From contig JBBQEL010000008.1 in assembly GCA_038320645.1 (NCBI GenBank), forward strand, positions 14,437 to 78,436: a DNA stretch of 64,000 bases. The letters run 5' to 3'. Of this stretch, positions 1-11,672 are shown piece after piece; positions within the stretch are counted from its first letter, which is position 1; each line of letters starts with the position of its first letter. The position numbers and the translations under genes are program-made. Below the pieces are notes generated by a model. It did not search any database. It was not told where the DNA came from and saw only the letters and a program-made list of their open reading frames with translations. Source of the stretch: Holophagales bacterium (GTDB lineage: Bacteria; Acidobacteriota; Holophagae; Holophagales; Holophagaceae).

Positions 1-749
1 ATTTCTCGGGACCTCATGGCTGGCAGTTTGCCGCTGTCAACCTGGGGCGACTCGAGGTGGGTCGCGAAGAAGGCCAGGACGGGGTGACCTGGGGAATGCA
101 CAAAGTCCTCCCGCTGGTCGAAGTTCGGGTGCCTTTCACCCTGGGGATCTGGGAACTGGATGATGTGGTGCGCGGCGCCAAGAATCCCGACCTGGATGCC
201 GTGAAGGAGGCCGCACGCAAGGTGGCGATGTTCGAGGAGACAGCCATCTATCACGGGTTCGGCGCCGGAGGCATTCAGGGAATGCTGGAACTCTCCAGCC
301 ATCCACCGGTGGCTTTGAGTCCCGACCGAAGCAGGCTCACCGAGTCCTTGGAACTGGCGCTGCTCGCCATTCAGGGCGCCGAGATCGGCGGGCCCTATGC
401 GCTGGTTCTCGGTACGGAACCCTACAAATGGTTGATGGCTGGCGACCCCAGTGCCTACCCGCTTCGGAAGCGGATCGGGGCCATGTTCTCAGGCGGCATC
501 CATTGGAGCCCGGTCCTGGAGGGGGGCGCTGTCCTGTCGCTCCGGGGCGGCGATTTCGAGCTGACGGTCGGCCAGGATCTGGCCATTGGCTACAAGATTC
601 ATGATTCCCGTAATGTCGAACTGTATTTCACGGAGTCCTTCACCTTCCGGGTGCTGGAACCCGCTGCCGCGATCGAGTTGAGAAGGCAGAATGCCCTGGG
701 CCAGGCCGACGCCTCTGCCGAATCAACCCATCCACGACCTGATGCGTGA
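1..749 (+). CDS. Family 1 encapsulin shell protein (Linocin M18 / HK97 fold), 5'-partial
   Basis: Frame is open from nt 3 (FSGPHGWQFAAVNLGRLE). It contains VEVRVPFTL, AARKVAMFEETAIYHG, GGPYALVLG and LRGGDFELTVGQDLAIGY...VELYFTESFTFRVLEPAAAIEL, all typical of family 1 encapsulins. Confidence 0.93.
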   Translation, partial: FSGPHGWQFAAVNLGRLEVGREEGQDGVTWGMHKVLPLVEVRVPFTLGIWELDDVVRGAKNPDLDAVKEAARKVAMFEETAIYHGFGAGGIQGMLELSSHPPVALSPDRSRLTESLELALLAIQGAEIGGPYALVLGTEPYKWLMAGDPSAYPLRKRIGAMFSGGIHWSPVLEGGAVLSLRGGDFELTVGQDLAIGYKIHDSRNVELYFTESFTFRVLEPAAAIELRRQNALGQADASAESTHPRPDA

Positions 750-2170
750 GGCCTGTGATGAAACAGGGAATTTCTGCTGATCAAGGATGGTCAAACGGAG
801 TCGGCCTGAGGTCTGCCCGGTATCGTTCCACGCTGACTTCCGTTCTTATCGGGCTGGCCCTTTGGTGGGGTGCGTCGCCATCGGCGGTCGCGCAAGAGGA
901 CTTCGGAAGTCTGGTCAAGCGCCTGCAGCAGGAGAAGCCGGGCTTTGCCAAACGCCACCAGGCTTTGCTCGCGCAGCGGTACGACCTTGGCGATCGTCCA
1001 GCCAAGGGCGTCACGATGTCTCGAGGCAAACCCGTGCAGGAGGGAGTGCGGGTGAAGCTCCCCAAGGGCCTGACGTGGATGAAGCTCGCCGACCTGTCTC
1101 CGGAGACCATCAAGGCCCAGGACCTTTGGCCCGCCGGGTTCCTGCCGCTGCCGCATCCGCACCATGAAACGGGCGGCATGATCTTTCCCCAAACGCTGAT
1201 CGATGAGACAAAACGACAAACGGATCGCGATCTCACCCGGTTCGATCTCGATTTCGATCTGCCGCAACACCTGCTGCCCGAGTTCCCCGCCCCGATCTAT
1301 CTCACGACCAGGCCGGACCTCGGCGATGTCTCGCAGGGGCAGGTGGTGACGCTGAGCAATGCCTATGGCTTGTTCAAGGACATCTTGAACCCCAAGCAAC
1401 TGGAGGGTCTGCGGCTGCTTGTGACCCCGTTTCCCCAGCAGCAGTTCAATGCCACGGAGGAACGGCGCAGCCTCAAGGCCCATGCAGGCGTGGCCTGCTT
1501 GGACTGCCATTCGAATGGCCATACCAACGCGGCCACCCACACCGTCGGCGACATCCGTCCAAACCAATACCGGCATCGAATCGGCACGCCCACGCTGCGG
1601 GGGCTCAACATCCAGCGGCTCTACGGTTCGCAGCGTGCCATGAAGACCGTGGAGGACTTCACCGAGTTTGAACAGCGTGGGGCCTACTTCGATGGCGACC
1701 CTGCTCAGGCCCAGCAGAAGGGGGTGAACATCCTCGAACGCGGAAGTCAGGTCCACGCCATGGCCGAGTTCCAGGAATTGCTGGATTTCCCGCCCGCACC
1801 GAAACTCAATGTCCTGGGGCGGCTTGCACCCACCAAGGCAACGGCCGCTGAGCTGCGCGGCCAGGCGGTCTTCCATGGCAAGGGGCAGTGCGCCGCGTGT
1901 CATGCACCGCCCTATTACACCGATAACCTCATGCACAACCTGCGTGCGGAGCGGTTCTTCAACGAGCGGACGATCAACGGTCTGCGGGCCTCTTCCGACG
2001 GTCCCATCAAGACCTTTCCCTTGAGAGGCATCAAGGATTCACCTCCCTATCTGCACGACGATCGGCTCCTGACGCTGGAAGACACGGTGGAGTTCTTCAA
2101 CCTCGTGCTGGAACTGAAACTGAATGATCAGGAGAAGAATGACCTGGTGGCGTTTCTGCGAGCACTCTAG
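746..2170 (+). CDS. Exported di-heme cytochrome c, CcP/MauG superfamily-like
   Basis: Hydrophobic signal-like N-terminus ending AVA-QE. Two CxxCH motifs (CLDCH ~1496-1510, CAACH ~1889-1903), plus TPTLRG and [18 protein letters not shown] start overlaps the encapsulin TGA; alternative ATG at 758. Confidence 0.8.
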   Translation: MRPVMKQGISADQGWSNGVGLRSARYRSTLTSVLIGLALWWGASPSAVAQEDFGSLVKRLQQEKPGFAKRHQALLAQRYDLGDRPAKGVTMSRGKPVQEGVRVKLPKGLTWMKLADLSPETIKAQDLWPAGFLPLPHPHHETGGMIFPQTLIDETKRQTDRDLTRFDLDFDLPQHLLPEFPAPIYLTTRPDLGDVSQGQVVTLSNAYGLFKDILNPKQLEGLRLLVTPFPQQQFNATEERRSLKAHAGVACLDCHSNGHTNAATHTVGDIRPNQYRHRIGTPTLRGLNIQRLYGSQRAMKTVEDFTEFEQRGAYFDGDPAQAQQKGVNILERGSQVHAMAEFQELLDFPPAPKLNVLGRLAPTKATAAELRGQAVFHGKGQCAACHAPPYYTDNLMHNLRAERFFNERTINGLRASSDGPIKTFPLRGIKDSPPYLHDDRLLTLEDTVEFFNLVLELKLNDQEKNDLVAFLRAL

Positions 2171-2240
2171 GCCGCACACCTGGGACCGCTCCGCAAATCC
2201 TGGAATGGGTACTTCGAACAATGCAAAGGCGAGGGTCAAA

Positions 2241-3062
2241 ATGCCGAGAATCGCAACCAAGGATGGTACTGAAATCTATTTCAAGGACTGGGGCGCGGGT
2301 ACACCGGTGGTGTTCTGTCACGGTTGGCCCCTGAACGCGGATGCCTGGGAATCCCAGATGGTCTTCCTGGGCGCCCATGGCTATCGCTGCATTGCCCATG
2401 ACCGTCGGGGGCACGGCCGGTCCGGCCAGCCCTGGAAGGGCAACGACATGGACACCTATGCCGACGACCTGGCCGAATTGGTAGAAGCCCTGGATCTCAA
2501 AGGCGCAACCTTGATTGGCCACTCCACCGGCGGCGGGGAGGTCGCCCGGTACCTTGGCCGCCACGGAACCTCCCGCGCAGCCAAAGTGGTCCTGATGGGT
2601 TCGGTGACCCCCTTGATGCTGCAGACCGAGGCCAATCCTGGTGGACTCCCGCTCCAGGTATTCGACGGCATTCGCGCCGGCGTTACCGCTGATCGCTCGC
2701 AGTTTTTCAAGGATCTGACCACCGCCTTCTTCGGCGCCAACCGCGCCGGTTCCAAGGTGACCCAGGGCATGCGGGACGCCTTCTGGTTCCAGGGCATGCA
2801 GGGCAGCCTGAAAAGCGAGCTCGATTGCATCAAGGCCTTTTCCGAAACCGATTTCACCGAGGACCTGAAGCGGATTGACCTGCCGACGCTGATCATCCAC
2901 GGCGACGACGACCAGATCGTGCCCATCGGAGCCTCGGCCATGCTTTCGTCCAAGCTGATCAGGAAGGCCACGCTCAAGCTCTACCCGGGTGGACCTCATG
3001 GCTTGGCCGATACGCATAAGGACAGGCTCAACGAGGACTTGCTGGCTTTTCTGAAGACCTGA
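2241..3062 (+). CDS. cpo: Non-heme chloroperoxidase/arylesterase-type alpha/beta hydrolase
   Basis: [42 protein letters not shown] nucleophile elbow, [14 protein letters not shown]. Start set at ATG 2241 rather than the ORF-track start. Confidence 0.88.
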   Translation: MPRIATKDGTEIYFKDWGAGTPVVFCHGWPLNADAWESQMVFLGAHGYRCIAHDRRGHGRSGQPWKGNDMDTYADDLAELVEALDLKGATLIGHSTGGGEVARYLGRHGTSRAAKVVLMGSVTPLMLQTEANPGGLPLQVFDGIRAGVTADRSQFFKDLTTAFFGANRAGSKVTQGMRDAFWFQGMQGSLKSELDCIKAFSETDFTEDLKRIDLPTLIIHGDDDQIVPIGASAMLSSKLIRKATLKLYPGGPHGLADTHKDRLNEDLLAFLKT

Positions 3063-3326
3063 ATGAACCCACCTGACAGGAGCCGACCCTTCCTCCACCA
3101 CATCGTCCGCCCGACCCTTGTCCTGTGTGGACGTGAAGATGCCATCACACCTGTAGCGGTGCATGAAGAACTCGCCGCCGGCATCCATGGCTCAAAACTC
3201 GAGATCATCGAAGCCTGCGGTCACCTTTCGACACTGGGTCAGCCGCATCAGGTCTCCAGGGTGCTGGGCCGATGGCTCGAGGGCATCAGGGTTAGAATGA
3301 TGGCCCAGTACGAAATCCAGGCATGA
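3063..3326 (+). pseudogene. C-terminal remnant of a second alpha/beta hydrolase
   Basis: PTLVLCGREDAITP...LEIIEACGHLSTL covers only the acid and His part of the fold; no GxSxG. Begins in frame immediately after the cpo stop. Confidence 0.7.
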
Positions 3327-3344
3327 TCGAAGCGATGGGTGAAC

Positions 3345-4085
3345 ATGGTCCCTTCTGAACTCCGCCTGGAGCGGAAGAAGCGGCAGTTCCACGAGGCCAT
3401 GGACCGCTATGAAACGTGTCCGATCTACAAGCGCATCGACCGGGTGTGCTAGGTCCTCAATGTCGGCTTCCAGGTCGCGCTCCTGTGGAGGCTTTCCTCC
3501 ACAGGACTCTCCTTCTGGTGGATCCTTCTGGCCCTCGGGTTGGCCTACGTCCTGGCCGATTTCGTCAACGGCTTGACGCATCTGCTCATGGATCATGCGG
3601 ATCAGTACACCAGCTTCGTCGGCCCGTTCATGGCCAAGTTCCACCTTCATCACAAACTGCTCGTCTACCCTGAGCACACCCTGCCCATGGTCTACTTCCT
3701 GGAATCAGGCGCCAAGATCTGGCTGGTGTTCTTCCAGGCGGGGGTTCTGGCCCTGGCCCCGTGGCTGCCGCCTTTCGTCTTGCATACCCTCACCTACCTG
3801 GCCATCTGGTCTTCGGTGGCGGAGGTATCGCGTTACCTGTGCCACAACTCAAAATCCAGAACTGCGCTGCTGCTGGCCAAGGCAGGGTTGCTGCTGCGCA
3901 AGCAGCATCACGCCACGCACCATCAAAAGGACAACACCTGCTACTGCTTTTTGAATGGGATGGCGGATCCACTTGTGAACAGGATCGCCACGACCTGGTT
4001 CCCTGGTTACAAATCCAATACGGATTTGGATTTTGATGGGTACCAGGGTGCTCCGGCCAAGGGTCCGTCCACAACCATCCGCTGA
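3345..4085 (+). pseudogene. CarF/TMEM189-like lipid desaturase with in-frame TAG at 3450-3452
   Basis: Manual translation from ATG 3345: MVPSELRLERKKRQFHEAMDRYETCPIYKRIDRVC*VLNVGFQVALLW...LADFVNGLTHLLMDH...FHLHH...SRYLCH...KQHHATHH...NGMADPLVN. His clusters fit the family. Confidence 0.75.
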
Positions 4086-4177
4086 ATGCCTGCGTCACAT
4101 CCTGTCTCAGGAAGTGGGCAGGATGGCCCACCCTACCCACCACTTTGCCCTGGCGTCCTGGCACCAGCCTTCCCTGC

Positions 4178-5392
4178 CTACTGGTTCCACTGCGTGGGAA
4201 TGCCGGCCGCGGGGAAAGCCTTCGGCCGCTGGCCGCCCTCGAGGAAGAAGGCGGGCACGCCCTTCGCGGCTCGCTCCGCTTCTATTTTCGAGGCGTAGTC
4301 CCCGAGGAAGAGCTGATAGGCGGTCTTTCCGTCCCGCAACCTGATGGGGGCGATGAACAGATCGGGTTCCCGGCCGGGGAAGGCTCCCACGGCGTTCTTC
4401 AGGGTGGCGGGAAGGTTCGCGATTTCCAGGCGGATGGTCCACCGGTTCGCCGGAATGGCCTTGATGCGTTTTCGTCCCAGGCTCACGGCCTTCGCCAGAT
4501 CCCCCAGGAGCAGCGCATCCAAGCGCTCGGTCACCGTGGAGCCGGATGGCTTGACCGCCACGGGAGCAGCAGGAACCGGTACTGGCAGGGCCTTCGGCAT
4601 CGGGGCTGCCACTGCGACCGGAGCCGGGGTTGGCACCGGGGCGGCCACTTTGGGCGAAGCCGGGATGGGCGCGGGGGCAGCCATCGGGCGAGGTGCGGGG
4701 GCGATGGGAGCGGGAGTGGGAGCGGCAACCGGCGGAAGGGGTGACGGTGGCGCCACCATGACGACGGGCGGCGGCGGCGGACGGGGGACTTCGGCCCTGG
4801 GTGGCGTGGGTTCCTCGCGCCTGCGGGTGGCCTGGGGACCACCCCAGGTGAACCCGAGGAGCACCGAACCCTGGAAGGCGCTCAGCCCCTTGTCGGTGAA
4901 GGCAACGACATAGCGGCCGTCCACGCCCCAGAGGAGGCCCCGGAGCGGTCGATGGAGGAATCCGACCGAGGCGTGGGCCGCCACGGACGTCCCCGAAGCC
5001 AGGGTCTGCGGAGCAGGAGTGACCTTGGCGACGGTGGTGCTGCCCAGACCCAGACCGAAATATGGCCACAACCCACCAGGGGAATCCCCCAGCAGGCCAG
5101 TCATGAAGGTGACGGAAACCTGGTTGTGGCTGAGGGTCTTGCCCGGGAAGCGGCTGCTCTGGGCGTGGGCGGTGAAGGCCTCCAGGCTCAGCCCGTAGGG
5201 TTTGTGGGCGAACACCAGGCCGGCTTGGCCCCCGAAGAGGGGAGCCGCCTTGAGGTACTCCTGCGGATCGAACGAACGGGTCCCTGCGCGGAAGCCCACC
5301 CACTGGAAGCCCTGGCCGCTTTCCTGCGCTGCCAAGCCCGCGGCGAACACCGTCCACACGACCATCTGTCTGATCCACATGCCGTACTCCAT
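4178..5392 (-). CDS. Outer-membrane beta-barrel + Pro/Ala linker + C-terminal SPOR-like domain
   Basis: Signal peptide (VVWTVFAAGLAAQE), amphipathic strands (LWPYFGLGLG, HASVGFL, VLLGFTWG), long PAP linker, and WTIRLE...YQLFLGDYASKIEAERAAK. Start is 5392 or 5380. Confidence 0.6.
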   Translation of the reverse strand: MEYGMWIRQMVVWTVFAAGLAAQESGQGFQWVGFRAGTRSFDPQEYLKAAPLFGGQAGLVFAHKPYGLSLEAFTAHAQSSRFPGKTLSHNQVSVTFMTGLLGDSPGGLWPYFGLGLGSTTVAKVTPAPQTLASGTSVAAHASVGFLHRPLRGLLWGVDGRYVVAFTDKGLSAFQGSVLLGFTWGGPQATRRREEPTPPRAEVPRPPPPPVVMVAPPSPLPPVAAPTPAPIAPAPRPMAAPAPIPASPKVAAPVPTPAPVAVAAPMPKALPVPVPAAPVAVKPSGSTVTERLDALLLGDLAKAVSLGRKRIKAIPANRWTIRLEIANLPATLKNAVGAFPGREPDLFIAPIRLRDGKTAYQLFLGDYASKIEAERAAKGVPAFFLEGGQRPKAFPAAGIPTQWNQ

Positions 5393-5664
5393 GGTGCCGA
5401 GGGTGGTCGAGAGTATCGCAAGACCGGTCTCCTGGTTCCAGGAAATCTGACGAAGCCATTCAGCCCCAAGGCACGCCTGGCCTGCTGTGACTGGGGTGTC
5501 GTCGTACCGCATGATCAATGGTCGTGACAACGGATAGGCCGAAAGGCGTAGCTTGAGGAAGGGCTTCGCGGTCCCACCGGAGGTGCTGAACGGCACATCA
5601 GGTTGCGTGACGCCTGGAATCGGGACCGCCTATTCTGGATCTGTCCCTTTTCTCCGGTGGTTGG

Positions 5665-6507
5665 ATGGCAACGCTCGGCCTTGTGAACAGCTTGACGATC
5701 CTGCGCCTCGGCCCGGAAGGTGCCCTGCTCGACGCTCGCCCAGAGGGGGAGGTGCTGCTGCCCCTGGCTCAGGTCCCCAAGGACAGCACAGTTGGGCAGA
5801 ACCTGGAGGTGTTCCTCTACATGGACGGCGAGGGCCGCCTCATCGCCAGCATTCAGCCGCCCGTCGCCCAGCGGGGGGACGTGGCCAATCTGAAGGTCGT
5901 GGCCGTGAACATGGCCGGTGCCTTTCTGGCCTGGGGCCTGCCCAAGGATCTGCTCCTGCCGTGGAAGGAAGTGAAACACCAACAGCGGCAGCGGATCAAA
6001 GTCGGGCAGAAGGTCATGGTGGTGCTGTTCACGGACCAGGAGGGCCGGATGGCCGCCTCCGCCCGCCTGGATGATTTTCTGCGGGATGAAGCCGAGGGTT
6101 TCCAGGAGGGGGACAAGGTCACCCTGGTGATCGGTGAGCCGACCGAGCTTGGCGTGCGCGTGATCGTGAACCACCGCTACTGGGGCATGGTGCACGACGG
6201 CGACATCTTCGGAGAAGTCGCCCGGGGCGAGGTCAGGGACGGGTACATCAAGGCTCTGCGCGAGGACCGCAAGCTGAACATCACCCTCGCGGCACCGGGC
6301 TACGCCAAGATCGACGCCATCGCGCAGGGCGTGCTCGACGAGTTGAAGCGGCGGGGGGGCTTCCTGCCCATCACGGACAAGAGCAGCCCTGAGCAGATCT
6401 CCGCGCTGTTCGGCATCAGCAAGAAGGTGTTCAAGCAGACGCTGGGCGCGCTGTACAAAAGCAGGCGGATCCTGCTCGGGACGGATGGCATCCGGTTGGC
6501 CCCGTGA
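5665..6507 (+). CDS. cvfB: CvfB/YitL-family S1 RNA-binding protein
   Basis: GEVLLP, VFLYMDGEGRLIAS, GAFLAWGLPKDLLLP, and C-terminal winged helix FLPITDKSSPEQISALFGISKKVFKQTLGALYK. Confidence 0.9.
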   Translation: MATLGLVNSLTILRLGPEGALLDARPEGEVLLPLAQVPKDSTVGQNLEVFLYMDGEGRLIASIQPPVAQRGDVANLKVVAVNMAGAFLAWGLPKDLLLPWKEVKHQQRQRIKVGQKVMVVLFTDQEGRMAASARLDDFLRDEAEGFQEGDKVTLVIGEPTELGVRVIVNHRYWGMVHDGDIFGEVARGEVRDGYIKALREDRKLNITLAAPGYAKIDAIAQGVLDELKRRGGFLPITDKSSPEQISALFGISKKVFKQTLGALYKSRRILLGTDGIRLAP

Positions 6508-7037
6508 CGCCGAAGACGCTCATGACCTACCTCGGGGGCTACAGCGCAGCTCTGCAGGACCAGGTGCTTGAGCTCATCGCCCAGGACCGCTTGGGCGAGT
6601 ACCTCCAGAACCGGTACGGGGAGGCCCACGACATTCGCAACGACAAGGCCTTGTACCAGCTGGCCGTTGACCTGAAGAACCGCTTCATGCGCAATACCCC
6701 GCCGCTCGACAAGGTGCGCTACGACGCCAAGCTGCAGGTGCTGCGCCACGCCCTGGGCACCCACACGACCGTGGCGCGGGTGCAGGGCAGCCGGCTCAAG
6801 ACCAGCCGCGAAATCCGGGTGGCGTCCGTCTTCCGTGAGGCCCCCGCCGCATTCCTGACGATGATCCTCGTGCACGAACTGGCGCACCTGAAGGAGAGCG
6901 ACCACAACAAGGCCTTCTACCAGCTGTGCACCCACATGGCGCCGGAGTACTTCCAGCTGGAACTGGATCTGCGGCTCTACCTCGTCTTCCTCGAGTGCGG
7001 GCGCGCTTCCGGCGAGAGGACTCCCCATGCGCTATGA
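6504..7037 (+). CDS. ygjP: YgjP-like (DUF45/M48-like) metal-dependent hydrolase
   Basis: TYLGGYS...LKNRFMRNTPPLDKVRYDAKL...SRVQG-like segment, and IVHELAH-type HExxH (LVHELAHLKESDHNKAFYQLC). Closely resembles short YgjP. Confidence 0.85.
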   Translation: MTPKTLMTYLGGYSAALQDQVLELIAQDRLGEYLQNRYGEAHDIRNDKALYQLAVDLKNRFMRNTPPLDKVRYDAKLQVLRHALGTHTTVARVQGSRLKTSREIRVASVFREAPAAFLTMILVHELAHLKESDHNKAFYQLCTHMAPEYFQLELDLRLYLVFLECGRASGERTPHAL

Positions 7038-7899
7038 CGAGCCCCTCTTCCGTCCCCCCAGCGAGGCCGATTCCTTCATCCTGCAGGCGACTCTGGGCTG
7101 CTCCTGGAATGCCTGCACCTACTGCGCGATGTATCGGGGCAAGCAGTACCAGGTGAGGCCCCAGGAGGCCGTTCTGGCCGATATCGCCGAGGCCGGCGCC
7201 CGGTATGCGGAGCAGGTGCGGCATGTGTTCGTGGCCGATGGCGACCCGCTGGGCATGGCGCTCGACCACTGGGAGCCCATCCTCCTCGCCCTCGCCGCCG
7301 CCTTCCCACGCCTGCGGCGCGTCAGCACCTACGCCACGGCCCGCAACCTGTTGGAGAAATCTCCCGAGGCATTGCATCGCCTGCGGGATCTGGGCCTCTC
7401 CCTGCTCTACATCGGCCCCGAATCCGGGGACGATGTGACGCTCCGGCGCATCGCGAAGGGCGCCAGCGCCGCGGATCACATCGAAGCTGCCCGCAAGGCC
7501 AGGGAGGCCGGCCTGGAGCAGTCGCTGATCTTCCTGCTCGGCGCCGGCGGGCGAGAGCGCAGCGAGGAGCACGCCCGCGCTTCGGGACGCCTGGCCACGG
7601 CCATGGATCCCAAGTTCCTCTCCACCCTGACCCTGACGATCGTGCCCGGCACGCCCATCGCCAGGCTCGAGGGACAAGGGCGCTACGCGCTGCCGGAGGT
7701 GCCGGACCTGCTCATGGAGTTGCGCTGGTTCATGGAAGAGACCCACCTCAGCGGGGGCATCTTCCGCTCCAACCACGCCTCGAACTACCTGCCCATCGGG
7801 GGGCGTCTGCCGCGGGACCGGGAGGCGATCCTCGCCGCCATCGACGAGGCCCTCGCGGGCCGGGTCCGGCTGCGGCCCGAATGGGCGCGCGGGCTCTGA
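7027..7899 (+). CDS. Radical SAM protein, function unknown
   Basis: CSWNACTYC (CxxxCxxC); FRPPSEADSFILQATLGC; YIGPESGDD; FRSNHASNYL. Confidence 0.88.
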   Translation: MRYDEPLFRPPSEADSFILQATLGCSWNACTYCAMYRGKQYQVRPQEAVLADIAEAGARYAEQVRHVFVADGDPLGMALDHWEPILLALAAAFPRLRRVSTYATARNLLEKSPEALHRLRDLGLSLLYIGPESGDDVTLRRIAKGASAADHIEAARKAREAGLEQSLIFLLGAGGRERSEEHARASGRLATAMDPKFLSTLTLTIVPGTPIARLEGQGRYALPEVPDLLMELRWFMEETHLSGGIFRSNHASNYLPIGGRLPRDREAILAAIDEALAGRVRLRPEWARGL

Positions 7900-8007
7900 A
7901 TACGAGGATTCCGGTCGCAGTCGCGGCCGTGGAAACAACATTGAATTTATTGTGAATACTAATGGTAAGGTGTTCGCATTACTGCGGTTTTCCAATTCGA
8001 GGCCCCC

Positions 8008-9159
<1,152 letters not shown>

Positions 9160-9196
9160 TTCGGGCAGGGCTGAGCCAGACATTGGGAGGCATTTC

Positions 9197-9546
9197 GTGA
9201 TGATCCTGACAAACCATTCCGAGGCGGCGGCCCAGGCCGGGGGCGGCCACGGACAGCTCGATGTGATGGGCGCCCTCTTCGTCTTCATGCTGGCCACCTT
9301 CATCGGTTTCATGGTCATCCAGCGGGTATCGCGGCTGTTGCACACGCCGCTCATGAGCCTCACCAACGCCATCTCCGCCATCGCCGTGGTGGGCGCCCTC
9401 ATCGTGTCGGCCGGCAAGGACTATCCCGGCTACATCACCGCGCTCGGCCTCGTGGCCATCTTCTGCTCCACCACCAACATCGTCAGCGGCTTCCTCATCA
9501 CCGACCGGATGCTGAAGATGTTCAAGAAGCAAGAGAAGGTGGTCCG

Positions 9547-9550
<4 letters not shown>
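9197..9550 (+). CDS. pntAB: NAD(P) transhydrogenase alpha subunit 2 (membrane)
   Basis: LHTPLMSLTNAISAI; NIVSGFLITDRMLKMF. Confidence 0.95.
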
Positions 9551-10968
<1,418 letters not shown>

Positions 10969-10971
10969 CCT

Positions 10972-11625
10972 TCAGCGCAGGCCGTGGTTCGCCTTGAAGC
11001 CAGCCCAGCCCTGTTTCGCCTTCAGGAAGGCCTCCCCATCGGGGCACAGCAGGAAGGGATTGGTGGCCTTCTCCCAGGCGAGGGTGCTGCTGGGCCGGGC
11101 ACCGTAGTCGTGGCCGGGCCAGAGGGTGGTGTGATCGGGCCACTCCCGCAGCAGGCGCTGGAGGCTCTCCCACTCGGTGCGGCCGTCGGCCTCAGTCTCG
11201 GTGCCGCCCACCTTGCCCACGAAGAGCAGGTCACCGGTGAAGGCGGCATCCTGGCCCTCCACCAGGAAGGCCAGGTGATCGTGGGAGTGGCCCGGGACGT
11301 GCCACACACGGAGTGAGTAGGCCCCGAAGGGCACTCGATCACCGTCAGCCAGTGTGAGGTCCACGGGGCCCGGATGGCCCGGCCCGCCCGCCACCCGGGC
11401 TCCGGTCAGGGCCTTGGCGACTTCATTGCCGTTGGCGTGATCCGCGTGGCCGTGGGTGTTGAGGATGTGGGTGACCTTGAGGCCCTGGGCCCGGGCCCGC
11501 TCCACCAGGGATTCCGGAGTGTAGGAGGGATCGATGAGCAGGCCCACGCCCGCCTCGCGATCGCCCAGCAGGTAGCCGAAGTTGCGGTCGCCCCCGACCC
11601 GGAGCTGTTCAAAAATGAAGCGCAT
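10972..11625 (-). CDS. MBL-fold metallo-hydrolase (glyoxalase II-like)
   Basis: THGHADH motif, PGHSHDH, FTGDLLF, PGHDY, EKATNPF. Confidence 0.88.
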   Translation of the reverse strand: MRFIFEQLRVGGDRNFGYLLGDREAGVGLLIDPSYTPESLVERARAQGLKVTHILNTHGHADHANGNEVAKALTGARVAGGPGHPGPVDLTLADGDRVPFGAYSLRVWHVPGHSHDHLAFLVEGQDAAFTGDLLFVGKVGGTETEADGRTEWESLQRLLREWPDHTTLWPGHDYGARPSSTLAWEKATNPFLLCPDGEAFLKAKQGWAGFKANHGLR

Positions 11626-11672
11626 GGGTTCCTCCGACGGGCTTCAGGATGGCAGCGTGGATCTGGCGCGCA

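Noticed and set aside
758-830. Encapsulin cargo-loading peptide at the cytochrome N-terminus (NGVGLRS) or at downstream C-termini
   Set aside because: No LxIGSL/GSLGIG-type motif, and the cytochrome carries an export signal.
3060-3065. Selenocysteine read-through at the cpo TGA
   Set aside because: cpo is already complete at the stop, no SECIS-like hairpin is evident, and the position is not catalytic.
5440-5550. Hammerhead ribozyme (CTGACGA...GAAA) or tmRNA 5' end (minus strand GGGGCTGAATGG)
   Set aside because: No stem II joining CUGANGA to GAAA; no T arm, CCA end or tag ORF for tmRNA.
7950-7967. Rex operator upstream of pnt (TTGTGAA)
   Set aside because: Only one half-site; the second half (TTCACAA) is absent.
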